Assembly: GCA_963783885.1 (NCBI GenBank)
Contig: CAWAPJ010000004.1
Location: 1-43,552 of the forward strand
Source: Waddliaceae bacterium
GTDB lineage: Bacteria > Chlamydiota > Chlamydiia > Chlamydiales > SLFE01
Reading direction: 5' to 3'
Length of the DNA stretch: 43,552 bases
Shown: piece by piece, positions 1-8,647 of the stretch
Layout of the letters: each line of letters opens with the position of its first letter
How positions within the stretch are numbered: position 1 is the first letter of the stretch
The notes under the pieces: generated by a model
The model's database searches: none
What the model was told of the DNA's origin: nothing
Seen by the model: the letters and a program-made list of their open reading frames with translations, nothing else
Made by a program: the position numbers and the translations under genes

Positions 1-92
1 TCGCGAGCAACCTGGTGGTTGCCCCATCCGGCAAATGCGGGCAGGAATAATAGCACACCTAGTGCAAAAAGCACTGAAAAGTAACGCTTCAT
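1..92 (-). CDS. 5' part of a secreted protein, runs off the window start (MKRYFSVLFALGVLLFLPAFA|GWGNHQVAR...)
   Basis: Manual translation: ATG at 92, GGAGGT RBS at 98-103, classical signal peptide ending AFA. Confidence 0.7.
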   Translation of the reverse strand, partial: MKRYFSVLFALGVLLFLPAFAGWGNHQVAR

Positions 93-315
93 GTGTTACC
101 TCCAAAAAATATATTATTGTACTAAGTTTAGAACTGCCAGCGAAGAAACGAGCGTTCAAGCTTTATTGAGATTGCAGTTCTACTTAAAATGAAGTGCCTT
201 CCTCTAAGAGGACTGATGATAGGCTAATCTTTTTGTCCTCTACATCTCTATTTCTTATATAGGGAATTTTGTTGCAATGATTTTTATTATATTTTTTTAT
301 TTAACTGATATTCAG

Positions 316-797
316 TTAGTTGCAAGCTATGCACTCTTGCGGGCGACACTCGCTGCATTGACTGCAGTCCGGAGGATAATACTTGCACCTTCTGTAGCAT
401 TGTTTGGGAACCCAATTGACATGCCGGTTGTATTTAACGCATTTCTGATACGTATAATACCTGCTATAGGTATCAACCGGCTCATACTCCAGGATTTTTT
501 GCGTATAGACTTTTGGTTCGTATTTGATAAATTTTTGCTCATAGTAGCGGGGAACATATTTGACTCCCCTATTCCATTTTTCTTCGGGTATGTAAGTGCA
601 TTCGGGAATTTTGCATGTCTCGCATACATACTTCACATAAGGTTGGTAACAGTACCTAGGCTCCTGATCGCAACCTCCCTGATACCAGCCGACAGGCATC
701 GAACACCCCGACCGGCATGGCCGTTTTTGACGCCAACCGGCTTCTAAGAAGAAAAAATAATCAGAAAATAGAAAATGATTGAAATTGTAGATTTCAT
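316..797 (-). pseudogene. Cys/Tyr/Pro-rich secreted envelope-type protein with a frameshift in its signal-peptide region
   Basis: ORF 316-699 is Cys-rich with YVP.YY-like repeats and stays open upstream (..FFLEAGWRQKRPC..). ATG at 797 gives MKSTISIIFYFLIIF in another frame. One extra base in the A6 run at 752-757 joins the two. Confidence 0.65.
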
Positions 798-1172
798 CCC
801 CAAAACCCCAAATTAGTTATCAAACCTTACTTTCCGGATTTCGGAGTTATTTCGCAATCATTTTTGACAAGATTCTGGGACTGGGGGAGCAAAATGATCG
901 TAGGCAATCTCAACCGCCTTCGGCTGAAAGCTGGAGTCAATATTCAATTTCCACCAACCAATGTGCCCACCCGGGCGGAACTTTTGTAAAGCTTCCACTC
1001 TCCAAACCGTTCTTTGACGCAGGCGCTGATATATATGGGCATATAGCATTGACTATAAAAAGTCAGGGTTGATTGAAACGCGTTCAGAGGAGCCCAGCCC
1101 TTGTATTCGACGCACACAGGATATGGGATACTATCTTTAACTACTTCCTTAGACCCTGATTGCTACCTAAAC

Positions 1173-1289
1173 TTGTTGTTAAAGTCTTTCGTTGGATTCA
1201 GATGCGTAGACTCGATTTGAAGGCAAGGGTAATCCCTTGCCGATAATCGAGGCTTAGCAGATGAATTCAATGAAAGATTTTAACGACAA
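1173..1289 (+). repeat. Long hairpin in the IS left end
   Basis: 28-nt outer arms (1173-1200 / 1262-1289) whose 4 mismatches are all G-U compatible; apex GGCAAGGG-TAAT-CCCTTGCC at 1222-1241. Confidence 0.85.
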
Positions 1290-1330
1290 TAGTCTCTATG
1301 ATACTTCCTTAGCCAAAAAAAGGGGGCATC

Positions 1331-2170
1331 ATGGAAACTTACGCAACAACAGTTTATGTCATCAGCGAAGAAATCCTTCGAATTTTGGGGATTAAAGACG
1401 ATCCTCAATCTCAAATGTCCAACGCAGAAGTGATAACTTTTGCTATTTTATCAGCAAAATATTTTTCTTGTAACTATAAAATGTCCAGATATTTATGTAA
1501 AAGATTACGATTATTCAGAGCTATTTTAAGCAATAGCCGGCTAAATCGCCGAATTCATAAAATTCCTTGGATGTGTTGGAACGCCATTTTCCGTTTTTTA
1601 GCTCTATTTTTTAAGCAAATAAATAAAGATCAGGGTTTTGCTATAGACAGCTTTCCAGTTTCATGTTGTCAGAAAAATAGAATCGATAAACGGAAGGTTT
1701 TTCTAGAACGAAGGTATTTAGGTTTCGCAGCTTCTAAAAAGCGTTACTTTTGCGGCATAAAAGTTCATAGGATTGTGACGAGCGAAGGCAAGCCGGTTGA
1801 AGTTCTTTTCAAGCCAGGAGCAGTAAGCGATGTAAAGGTGCTCTGGGAAATGAAACTGGACATTCCACCAGATTCTAAACTTTATGCAGATGGTGCGTAT
1901 AATTGCTTTGATTTAGAAGACATCTTGAAAGAAGAACAAATTACATTGCTTGCAAAACGGGGATGTAAAGCAAAGAATAGAGTCCGAACACCAATTGAAG
2001 AGAGGGAAATTAGCAGCAAGCGACAGATTGTCGAGACGACATTTAGCTGCATAACAAACCTTTTCCAAAGAACTTTTAAGTTCTGCACTGAACAAGGCTT
2101 TTTGATAAAAGTATTCTGTGCAATTCTTGCCTATAGTGTTTCGTTTTTATGCAAAGGGGAGCTCAGCTAG
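1331..2170 (+). CDS. IS982-family DDE transposase
   Basis: 279 aa; motifs IDSFPV, YFCGIKVH, ADGAY and KRQIVETTFS typical of IS982 transposases. Confidence 0.88.
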   Translation: METYATTVYVISEEILRILGIKDDPQSQMSNAEVITFAILSAKYFSCNYKMSRYLCKRLRLFRAILSNSRLNRRIHKIPWMCWNAIFRFLALFFKQINKDQGFAIDSFPVSCCQKNRIDKRKVFLERRYLGFAASKKRYFCGIKVHRIVTSEGKPVEVLFKPGAVSDVKVLWEMKLDIPPDSKLYADGAYNCFDLEDILKEEQITLLAKRGCKAKNRVRTPIEEREISSKRQIVETTFSCITNLFQRTFKFCTEQGFLIKVFCAILAYSVSFLCKGELS

Positions 2171-2273
2171 AGCTTACACGAGCACACCATCTACTGCCTG
2201 TAGCGCCTCGGCAAGGGATTACCCTTGCCGAGGCGCTACAGTTGTATCTGGCGCACTCGTGTAAGCTCTAGCT
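2165..2273 (+). repeat. Long hairpin in the IS right end
   Basis: Perfect 18-bp outer arms (2165-2182 / 2256-2273) and perfect 20-bp inner arms (2198-2217 / 2222-2241); apex GGCAAGGG-ATTA-CCCTTGCC. Confidence 0.9.
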
Positions 2274-2397
2274 AAGGTTTAGGTAGCAATCAGGGTCTTA
2301 GCGCTAATAAGGGGAAAAAACAGAGCTAATAAAACAACAAAAAAGGCTAATTTAAACATAAATTCACCTCTATACCTCTTCATTATAACATAAAGAG

Positions 2398-2889
2398 CTA
2401 ACTGTCGCGAAGGGTATTTATGAATTTGCTCCAATCCCTCTTATCATACAGAGGTTTAAGAACATCGTAGCTTACATTGACCTTTTGGGCGAACTCCCGA
2501 AGTGTTTGGTCGTTGATTTTGTTTTCCTGCAAAGCCAAATTGAACGTAACACCGAAATCCTTGACAAAGCGGTTCCAAGGCACTTTCCCGATATTTTTTG
2601 TTTTAGCTTTCAATCCTGAATTGGAAAAAATATACTGGAGATGAGTCAAAGGATTGATAGTATTGGTTTCTTTGCCGACAGCTTCAAGCTTTTTTTTAAC
2701 CCCAAGGAGGCCGAACATGGACTTGCTTGAAAGGGTGTTGATGATATAATTGATATTCTGCTTATCCTGCTCTGTCAAAGGAGTGTCGTAGTTTTTAATT
2801 ATTCGACCCGAATTTTGTTCATTTGCCGCAAACACACCGCTGCTTGCCAAAAAACAGAAACACAAAAACACAAATGTCAACTTCTTCAT
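2398..2889 (-). CDS. Hypothetical secreted protein
   Basis: 163-aa ORF, signal peptide ending VFA, start overlaps the upstream gene's stop. Confidence 0.75.
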   Translation of the reverse strand: MKKLTFVFLCFCFLASSGVFAANEQNSGRIIKNYDTPLTEQDKQNINYIINTLSSKSMFGLLGVKKKLEAVGKETNTINPLTHLQYIFSNSGLKAKTKNIGKVPWNRFVKDFGVTFNLALQENKINDQTLREFAQKVNVSYDVLKPLYDKRDWSKFINTLRDS

Positions 2890-3269
2890 AATAACTCCTT
2901 TTTACCGTCAATCTGCCACAACTTTCCATTTCCATCAACCTGATTCTCTAAAAGATGAACCTGAGACCCTGATTGCGTTGTTTCATCAGATTTGTAGGAG
3001 GACGAAAGGCGCCTGAGCCTCATTCCCGCATAAATCAAAGGAAAGCTTATGGGAAGAGCGGCAAGGATTGCAAGAAACCAAAAAAATACCCCCTCCACCT
3101 TGCGCGAGGCAGCGGACAATCGATGATCCTTATCAATGCGTATGATCTGATACCCGAAAGCAAATTGCGCCGGCGCAAGGAGCAGTCCGCTGATCTTTTC
3201 AAAAAAATCCTTTTTCGGAGATTCGTATTCTCGAACAAACCGTACAAGGTTGAAAGAATAGAGACTCAC
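2886..3269 (-). CDS. Hypothetical membrane protein
   Basis: 127-aa ORF with hydrophobic segments; 4-bp overlaps with both neighbours. Confidence 0.65.
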   Translation of the reverse strand: MSLYSFNLVRFVREYESPKKDFFEKISGLLLAPAQFAFGYQIIRIDKDHRLSAASRKVEGVFFWFLAILAALPISFPLIYAGMRLRRLSSSYKSDETTQSGSQVHLLENQVDGNGKLWQIDGKKELL

Positions 3270-3694
3270 TTCACTTCAAGCATATGAATATCGACAGCAA
3301 TCGTTTGCCCGGCCAGGGGATGGTTTCCGTCGAGAGTGACCTTATCGTCTTTAACCTCGGAAATAGTGAAATAAGCGGTGGAGCCGTCTTCAAAACCATA
3401 CTCGAGAACTTCACCTTCGGTTAAATTCACTTCCTTCGGAAACTCTTTTTTCTCCATATCGAAGACAAGCTGGTCATCTTTTTCCCCAAAATGCATTTTA
3501 GGGTTAAGATCGACGCTTTTTTTATCTCCCGTACTCATTCCGACAAGAGACACTTCAATTCCCGGCAGAACCGTTCCCTCTCCGATAACGATTTCTTCGG
3601 GAGCATCTTCCGGAGATTGATCGAATAACTCCCCTTTCTCATCTTTAATAATAAGACTAACTCTAACAGTATCTCCCAATTTGGCTTCGGCCAT
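3266..3694 (-). CDS. FKBP-type peptidyl-prolyl isomerase (SlyD/SlpA-like)
   Basis: GELFDQS, VLPGIE..LVGM..G, VTLDGNHPLAGQ motifs. Confidence 0.9.
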   Translation of the reverse strand: MAEAKLGDTVRVSLIIKDEKGELFDQSPEDAPEEIVIGEGTVLPGIEVSLVGMSTGDKKSVDLNPKMHFGEKDDQLVFDMEKKEFPKEVNLTEGEVLEYGFEDGSTAYFTISEVKDDKVTLDGNHPLAGQTIAVDIHMLEVK

Positions 3695-3763
3695 AAAAGC
3701 ACTCCTATTTTAGGCTTAAATTAAAACAATTTGCACTCTAGATCAATAAAAAACATAACCAAC

Positions 3764-3780
3764 TAACCTAACATAGGTTA
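3764..3780. promoter_or_regulatory. Candidate operator palindrome upstream of dinB
   Basis: Perfect TAACCTA-ACA-TAGGTTA, 10 bp before the dinB ATG in a divergent intergenic region. Confidence 0.35.
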
Positions 3781-3790
3781 ATATTAAAGC

Positions 3791-4816
3791 ATGAGGAAGA
3801 TCATTCATATTGACATGGACGCCTTTTTCGCGGCTATCGAACAAAGAGATAATGAAAACCTTAGAGGGAAGCCGGTCATCGTCGGGGGCGACCCGAACGG
3901 AAGAGGGGTTGTCGCCACCTGCTCATACGAAGCCAGAAAATTTGGCATACACTCCGCTATGCCGAGCAAAACGGCCTATCAACTTTGCCCCCAGGCTATT
4001 TTCGTTTTTCCCCGCTTTGAAGTTTATAAAAGCGTCTCAGAGCAGATACGGAAAATTTTTTATGAGTACACCGATCTTGTGGAACCTCTGTCACTGGACG
4101 AAGCATTTCTCGATGTCACAAAAAATAAGGCAGGCAACCCTTCTGCCACATTAATCGCAAAAAAAATTAAGCAAAAAATCTACGAAAAAACCCGCCTCAC
4201 CGCTTCGGCAGGGGTCTCGTTTAACAAATTCCTCGCCAAGATCGCCTCCGATTGGAACAAACCCGACGGCCTCACTGTCATCACTCCAAAAGATGCCCCC
4301 TCTTTTATTGACAAATTGCCCATCAGAAAATTTTGGGGCGTCGGAAAGGTCACGGAAAAAAAGATGAAGCAGATTGGGGTTTACACCGGTGCCGATCTGA
4401 AAAAAATTCCGGAAGAAAAGCTCAGACACAAATTCGGCAAAATGGGCTCTTTCATCTACCATATGGCAAGAGGCGAAGACACTCGTCCGGTCAATCCGGC
4501 AAGAGAGAGAAAATCTCTAGGCAAAGAAAACACATTCGCCTATGACCTTGAAACCCTGGAAGAGGCCCAAAAGCACATTGAGGATCTTGCAAGGCAGCTG
4601 CAAACTTTGCTGAGAAAAAAGAAGATTATGGGCCGTACCGTCACCCTGAAGGTGCGCTACGGGGATTTTTCCACCATAACAAGAAGCCTCACGCTCCCCC
4701 ATCCTGTCGACGATGCCGATTCCATCATCGCTTGCGCAAAAGAGCTCCTCAAAAAAACCGAAGCCGGCAATAGAAAAATACGCCTCCTCGGCATTACCCT
4801 TTCCAATTTACAATAA
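3791..4816 (+). CDS. dinB: DNA polymerase IV
   Basis: RKIIHIDMDAFFA, CSYEARKFGIHSAMP, SLDEAFLD, NKFLAKIASD..KPDG. Confidence 0.97.
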   Translation: MRKIIHIDMDAFFAAIEQRDNENLRGKPVIVGGDPNGRGVVATCSYEARKFGIHSAMPSKTAYQLCPQAIFVFPRFEVYKSVSEQIRKIFYEYTDLVEPLSLDEAFLDVTKNKAGNPSATLIAKKIKQKIYEKTRLTASAGVSFNKFLAKIASDWNKPDGLTVITPKDAPSFIDKLPIRKFWGVGKVTEKKMKQIGVYTGADLKKIPEEKLRHKFGKMGSFIYHMARGEDTRPVNPARERKSLGKENTFAYDLETLEEAQKHIEDLARQLQTLLRKKKIMGRTVTLKVRYGDFSTITRSLTLPHPVDDADSIIACAKELLKKTEAGNRKIRLLGITLSNLQ

Positions 4817-4842
4817 ACATCTGTCTTGCTACTCTTTTTTAT

Positions 4843-5460
4843 ATGAAAACTGTATTGACGCTCATCTTATTTTTCCTTTCCGCGGCACCTTTTCTTGAGG
4901 CGTCGGAAATGAAGCTTATTGCATTCGCCGGAAGCACCAGGGAAGATTCGCTCAATAAAAAACTTCTGAACGTCGCAGTCAAAGACGCGAGGCTTGCCGG
5001 AGCAAAAGTCACTGTCATCGACCTTCGCGACTACCCAATCCCATTTTATGACGGCGATCTTGAAGCAAAAAGCGGCCTGCCGGAAAATGCTCGGAAAATT
5101 AAAAAGTTGATGATTGAAAACGATGGGTTTCTCATCGCTTCTCCGGAATACAACGGCTCCTATTCGGCGGTACTGAAGAATCTCATCGACTGGATGAGCC
5201 GCCCCGTAGAAGGAGAGCCGACGCTGATCGCGCTGAAAGGAAAAAAAGCGGCCCTCCTCGCCGCATCTCCCGGAGGCGGAGGGGGTGCGGGCAGCTTAAA
5301 CCATCTTCGAGAGCTTTTAACAAGGCTCAAAGTTGATGTGTTTGCCGAGCAAATAACCGTTCCCAATGCCGGAGAGGCATTCAATTCCCAAGGTGAATTG
5401 ATCGATGCCAATAAGCGGCTCGAAGTCAAACAGTTCATTCAAAAATTTTTAAATGAATAA
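4843..5460 (+). CDS. NAD(P)H-dependent FMN reductase with N-terminal signal-like peptide
   Basis: FAGSTREDSLN, SPEYNGSYSAVLKNLIDW, ASPGGGGG motifs. Confidence 0.92.
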   Translation: MKTVLTLILFFLSAAPFLEASEMKLIAFAGSTREDSLNKKLLNVAVKDARLAGAKVTVIDLRDYPIPFYDGDLEAKSGLPENARKIKKLMIENDGFLIASPEYNGSYSAVLKNLIDWMSRPVEGEPTLIALKGKKAALLAASPGGGGGAGSLNHLRELLTRLKVDVFAEQITVPNAGEAFNSQGELIDANKRLEVKQFIQKFLNE

Positions 5461-7189
5461 ACATGATATTGCTGCCATACTTGAAGAAATCGCGACTCTT
5501 CTGGAGTTGAAAGGAGAAAATCCTTTTAAAATTCGCGCCTATCATAACGCCGTAAGATCATTGGAAGGATTAAGCGATAGCGAGTTCAAAAAGCTCATTG
5601 ACGACAACAAGCTCTCGTCGGTTCAGGGAATCGGAAAAGGGCTCGAAGAAAAAATCGTTGCCCTGCATCAAACAGGCGAGCTTCCCTTTTACCAAAAGCT
5701 TAAAAAATCACTCCCTCCCGGTCTGGAAGAGATGCTGGCCATCCCCGGACTTGGAGCCAAGAAAATCAAAGTCCTCTATGACAAACTCAAAATCAAAACC
5801 ATCGACCAGCTCAAGAAAGCCTGCGAGAAAGGAAAGGTGAGCGAGCTGGAGGGATTCGGAAGCAAAACCGAACAAAATATACTTCAAGGACTCCAGCATC
5901 TCGAAGAGTACAGCAGGCGAGAGCTTTGGTGGGAAGCTCAAGCGGTTATTGAACCCATCATTGAGGCCCTCAAAAAAGTCAAAGGTGTCGAAAAGGTACA
6001 GATCGCCGGAAGCTTGAGGCGCAAACTTGAAACCGTCGGCGACATCGATATCCTTGTCGCTTCTTCGAAACCCGATCCCATCATGGACTGGTTCACGAGC
6101 CAGGACTGGGCCCGCTCAATCACAGCAAAGGGAAAGACAAAATCGAGCGTCCGTCTTCAAGAGGGGTTGCAGGCCGACCTTAGAATCATTCCCAAAGAGC
6201 AGTTCGGATTTGCCCTACTCTATTTTACAGGCTCCAAAGAACACAACATACACCTCCGTCAAATCGCCAGAGAAAAAGGCTATTCACTAAGCGAGTACGC
6301 CATGAAGCCCCTCGATGAAAAACAAAAACCCCTTTTTCCCAAAAATAAAAAAGAGATCTCGGAAGCCGATATCTACAAATCCCTCGGCCTCGCCTACATC
6401 CCTCCTGAACTGAGGGAAGATCAAGGCGAAATCGCCGCCGCCGCCAAAAATCAATTGCCGAAACTCGTTGAACTTGGCGACATCAAAGGAATCTTTCACA
6501 ATCATACCGTCGCCTCCGACGGCCGAAATACTCTGGAGGAGATGGCCAAAGCGACAAAAGATATGGGGTGGGACTATATCGGAATCGCCGATCACTCCAA
6601 GTCAAGCTATCAGGCGAACGGCCTCGATGAAGCGCGGCTCATGGAACAAATCGAACAGATACGCAAACTGAACCGCTCGAAAAAACCGATCGCCCATATT
6701 TTTGCCGGCACCGAATGCGACATTCTCAATGAAGGGGAGCTCGATTTTAGCGATGACATTTTAGCGGAACTTGACTTTGTCATCATTTCCGTTCACAGAC
6801 GCTTTAAAATGGACGTAAAGTCCATGACAAAGCGGATCATCAAAGCGCTCGAACACCCACGGACCACTATGCTCGGCCACATGACAGGAAGGCTTCTCCT
6901 AAAAAGAGAACCCTACGGCGTCAATGCGGAAAAAATCATCGACTGCGCCATAGCCAATGGAAAGATTATCGAAATCAACGCCAATCCCTACCGCCTTGAC
7001 ATGGACTGGCGTCTTTGGCACAAAGCCAAGGAAAAAGGACTCCTCACCAGTATCAACCCCGACGCCCACAGCACCGAACACCTCGCGTTCGTCGAAGCGG
7101 GAGTCAATGTCGCGAGGAAGGGCTGGCTCACACCCGATGACGTCCTCAACACCTGGCCTCTTGCTAAAGTGAAAAAGTATTTGGGCTAA
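5453..7189 (+). CDS. polX: DNA polymerase X family with C-terminal PHP domain
   Basis: GENPFKIRAY, AGSLRR..ETVGDIDIL, YFTGSKEHN, HNHT..SDG, DHS, DAH motifs. Confidence 0.95.
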   Translation: MNKHDIAAILEEIATLLELKGENPFKIRAYHNAVRSLEGLSDSEFKKLIDDNKLSSVQGIGKGLEEKIVALHQTGELPFYQKLKKSLPPGLEEMLAIPGLGAKKIKVLYDKLKIKTIDQLKKACEKGKVSELEGFGSKTEQNILQGLQHLEEYSRRELWWEAQAVIEPIIEALKKVKGVEKVQIAGSLRRKLETVGDIDILVASSKPDPIMDWFTSQDWARSITAKGKTKSSVRLQEGLQADLRIIPKEQFGFALLYFTGSKEHNIHLRQIAREKGYSLSEYAMKPLDEKQKPLFPKNKKEISEADIYKSLGLAYIPPELREDQGEIAAAAKNQLPKLVELGDIKGIFHNHTVASDGRNTLEEMAKATKDMGWDYIGIADHSKSSYQANGLDEARLMEQIEQIRKLNRSKKPIAHIFAGTECDILNEGELDFSDDILAELDFVIISVHRRFKMDVKSMTKRIIKALEHPRTTMLGHMTGRLLLKREPYGVNAEKIIDCAIANGKIIEINANPYRLDMDWRLWHKAKEKGLLTSINPDAHSTEHLAFVEAGVNVARKGWLTPDDVLNTWPLAKVKKYLG

Positions 7190-7210
7190 CCAAATTTTTT
7201 CTCTCTATAT

Positions 7211-7239
7211 TTGTCAAAATTTATGAATTAGTGTAAAAT
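7211..7239 (+). promoter_or_regulatory. Sigma70/sigma66-type promoter
   Basis: TTGTCA-17 bp-TAAAAT upstream of the AAGGAG RBS. Confidence 0.5.
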
Positions 7240-7274
7240 CTTAGCGTAATATTTCATGTAAAGGAGTGATTAAT

Positions 7275-7736
7275 ATGTCTATAAAACTACATTTAAATTC
7301 TTTATTTCAAAATAGAAATTTAGAAGAAATAAAAAATTTATTAGATGCCGGAAAGCCTACCGTTACATTTTGGGGCCATCGATCGGTAAAATTGAATACT
7401 AATGGCATTAATGAGACGATTAAAATCAGCCGACTTTTGTCACTGGTCGAAGAACTCAAACCGAAGCAAAATCCCGATGATCAACAAGCGGACGAAGAAG
7501 ACAAACTTTCGATTAAAATAACATTGTATTTGATGGACAAATACGAGGGTACAAAAGAGATAGTACAACAAGCTAATATTATTCATCGAATTTTCATTTT
7601 TATTTGCGATTTCTTTGGTATTTCCAATAGTCCTTCTTTTGGCAACCACAGCCGAGATAATTTAGAAGCTCAATTAATAGTTTATGAAGACATCGAAAAC
7701 ATAGACAAAAAAATAAAAGCCTTAGAAAGTGACTAA
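7275..7736 (+). CDS. Hypothetical protein
   Basis: AAGGAG RBS at 7261-7266, ATG at 7275, AT-rich ORF of about 153 aa. Confidence 0.7.
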   Translation: MSIKLHLNSLFQNRNLEEIKNLLDAGKPTVTFWGHRSVKLNTNGINETIKISRLLSLVEELKPKQNPDDQQADEEDKLSIKITLYLMDKYEGTKEIVQQANIIHRIFIFICDFFGISNSPSFGNHSRDNLEAQLIVYEDIENIDKKIKALESD

Positions 7737-8332
7737 TTCAACGCATAGGCTTTTTTATCAATTTTATAGCACTTGCGGCATCTGGCTTCGTAGCACTCTT
7801 CCCCGCCAACGAGTATCGTCTCATCATCGTAGTTTGCTGGCTGGCCGTTAATGAGCCTTTGGGTATGGTTGGCCTCCGCGCCGCAAGTCATGCAAATAGC
7901 TCTTAGCTTCACGACCTCATCAGCAAGGGCCATCAGAGTCGGAACGATGCCGAAAGGCTCGCCGCGAAAATCCATATCGAGACCAGCGACAATGACCCGT
8001 AGGCCTCTTTCGATACAGTCGTGAATCACCGGAACGGCCTCCTCCGGAAAAAACTGGATTTCATCAATACCAATCACATCTATCTCTTCACCGGAAAGCC
8101 TGGCCAGAGTTTGAACCCCCTCATCGCAACTGGTCACAGGATAAGCCTCTCTTTGCTGTCCATTATGACTGACAATGCAAGAATAGGATTTACGGTTGTC
8201 GATTTTGTGCTTGATTGTCAGCACATTTTTTTTCGCGTATTCTGCACGGCGCAAACGATAGAGCAGCTCTTCGGTTTTTCCTGAAAACATTGAACCGCAA
8301 ATGACTTCCAATTTTCCCATTCTTTCCTTCAT
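7733..8332 (-). CDS. tdk: Thymidine kinase
   Basis: GSMFSGKTEEL, IDEIQF, AGLDMDFRGEPF, zinc-binding CxxC pairs. Confidence 0.97.
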   Translation of the reverse strand: MKERMGKLEVICGSMFSGKTEELLYRLRRAEYAKKNVLTIKHKIDNRKSYSCIVSHNGQQREAYPVTSCDEGVQTLARLSGEEIDVIGIDEIQFFPEEAVPVIHDCIERGLRVIVAGLDMDFRGEPFGIVPTLMALADEVVKLRAICMTCGAEANHTQRLINGQPANYDDETILVGGEECYEARCRKCYKIDKKAYALN

Positions 8333-8398
8333 GATCTTTCCTATTTGATTTTAAAATTTGACCTTATATAGTGCTATATAACCATAAAGGAGGATCAA

Positions 8399-8638
8399 AT
8401 GACAATGGATATTTTATCTTGGGTCTTTGTGGCGATGTCGCTGACAGGGAACTATTTTGTAATCAAAAAAAATGTGCTGGGACAGTGGATCTGGGCAGCG
8501 GCAAACCTCGGATGGATTGTCTTCAACTTAAGCATCGGAGTTTGGTCGCAAGCGTTTTTGTTCGCAGTCTATTTAGGCATGTGCGTCTGGGGGATCATTT
8601 CCTGGTCAAAACAAAGTGTCAAAACACAAAGGGCCTAA
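8399..8638 (+). CDS. Small three-helix membrane protein, PnuC-like half transporter
   Basis: AGGAGG RBS; 79 aa; W..W...N..W and Y..M..WG...W pattern resembles the PnuC repeat. Confidence 0.6.
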   Translation: MTMDILSWVFVAMSLTGNYFVIKKNVLGQWIWAAANLGWIVFNLSIGVWSQAFLFAVYLGMCVWGIISWSKQSVKTQRA

Positions 8639-8647
8639 GCGTACCTG

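Larger units (their letters stand above)
1152..2297 (+). mobile_element. IS982-family insertion sequence
   Basis: 21-bp terminal inverted repeats GACCCTGATTGCTACCTAAAC (1152-1172 / 2277-2297), flanked by TTA (equivalently CTTAG if the ends are 1153/2296); single transposase ORF. Confidence 0.9.
944..2359 (-). pseudogene. Secreted protein gene interrupted by the IS982-family element
   Basis: ATG at 2359 with AGAGGTG RBS encodes MFKLAFFVVLLALFFPLISA. Removing the IS and one target copy continues in frame as KEVVKDSIPYPVCVEY... to TGA at 944-946. The C-terminus may continue via frameshift to 858. Confidence 0.75.

Noticed and set aside
188-240. CTGATGA at 213-219 as a hammerhead ribozyme or fluoride riboswitch
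   Set aside because: No GAAA core after a stem II, no fluoride pseudoknot pairing and no crcB-type gene downstream
277-747. 156-aa plus-strand ORF
   Set aside because: Antisense shadow of the Cys-rich minus-strand gene
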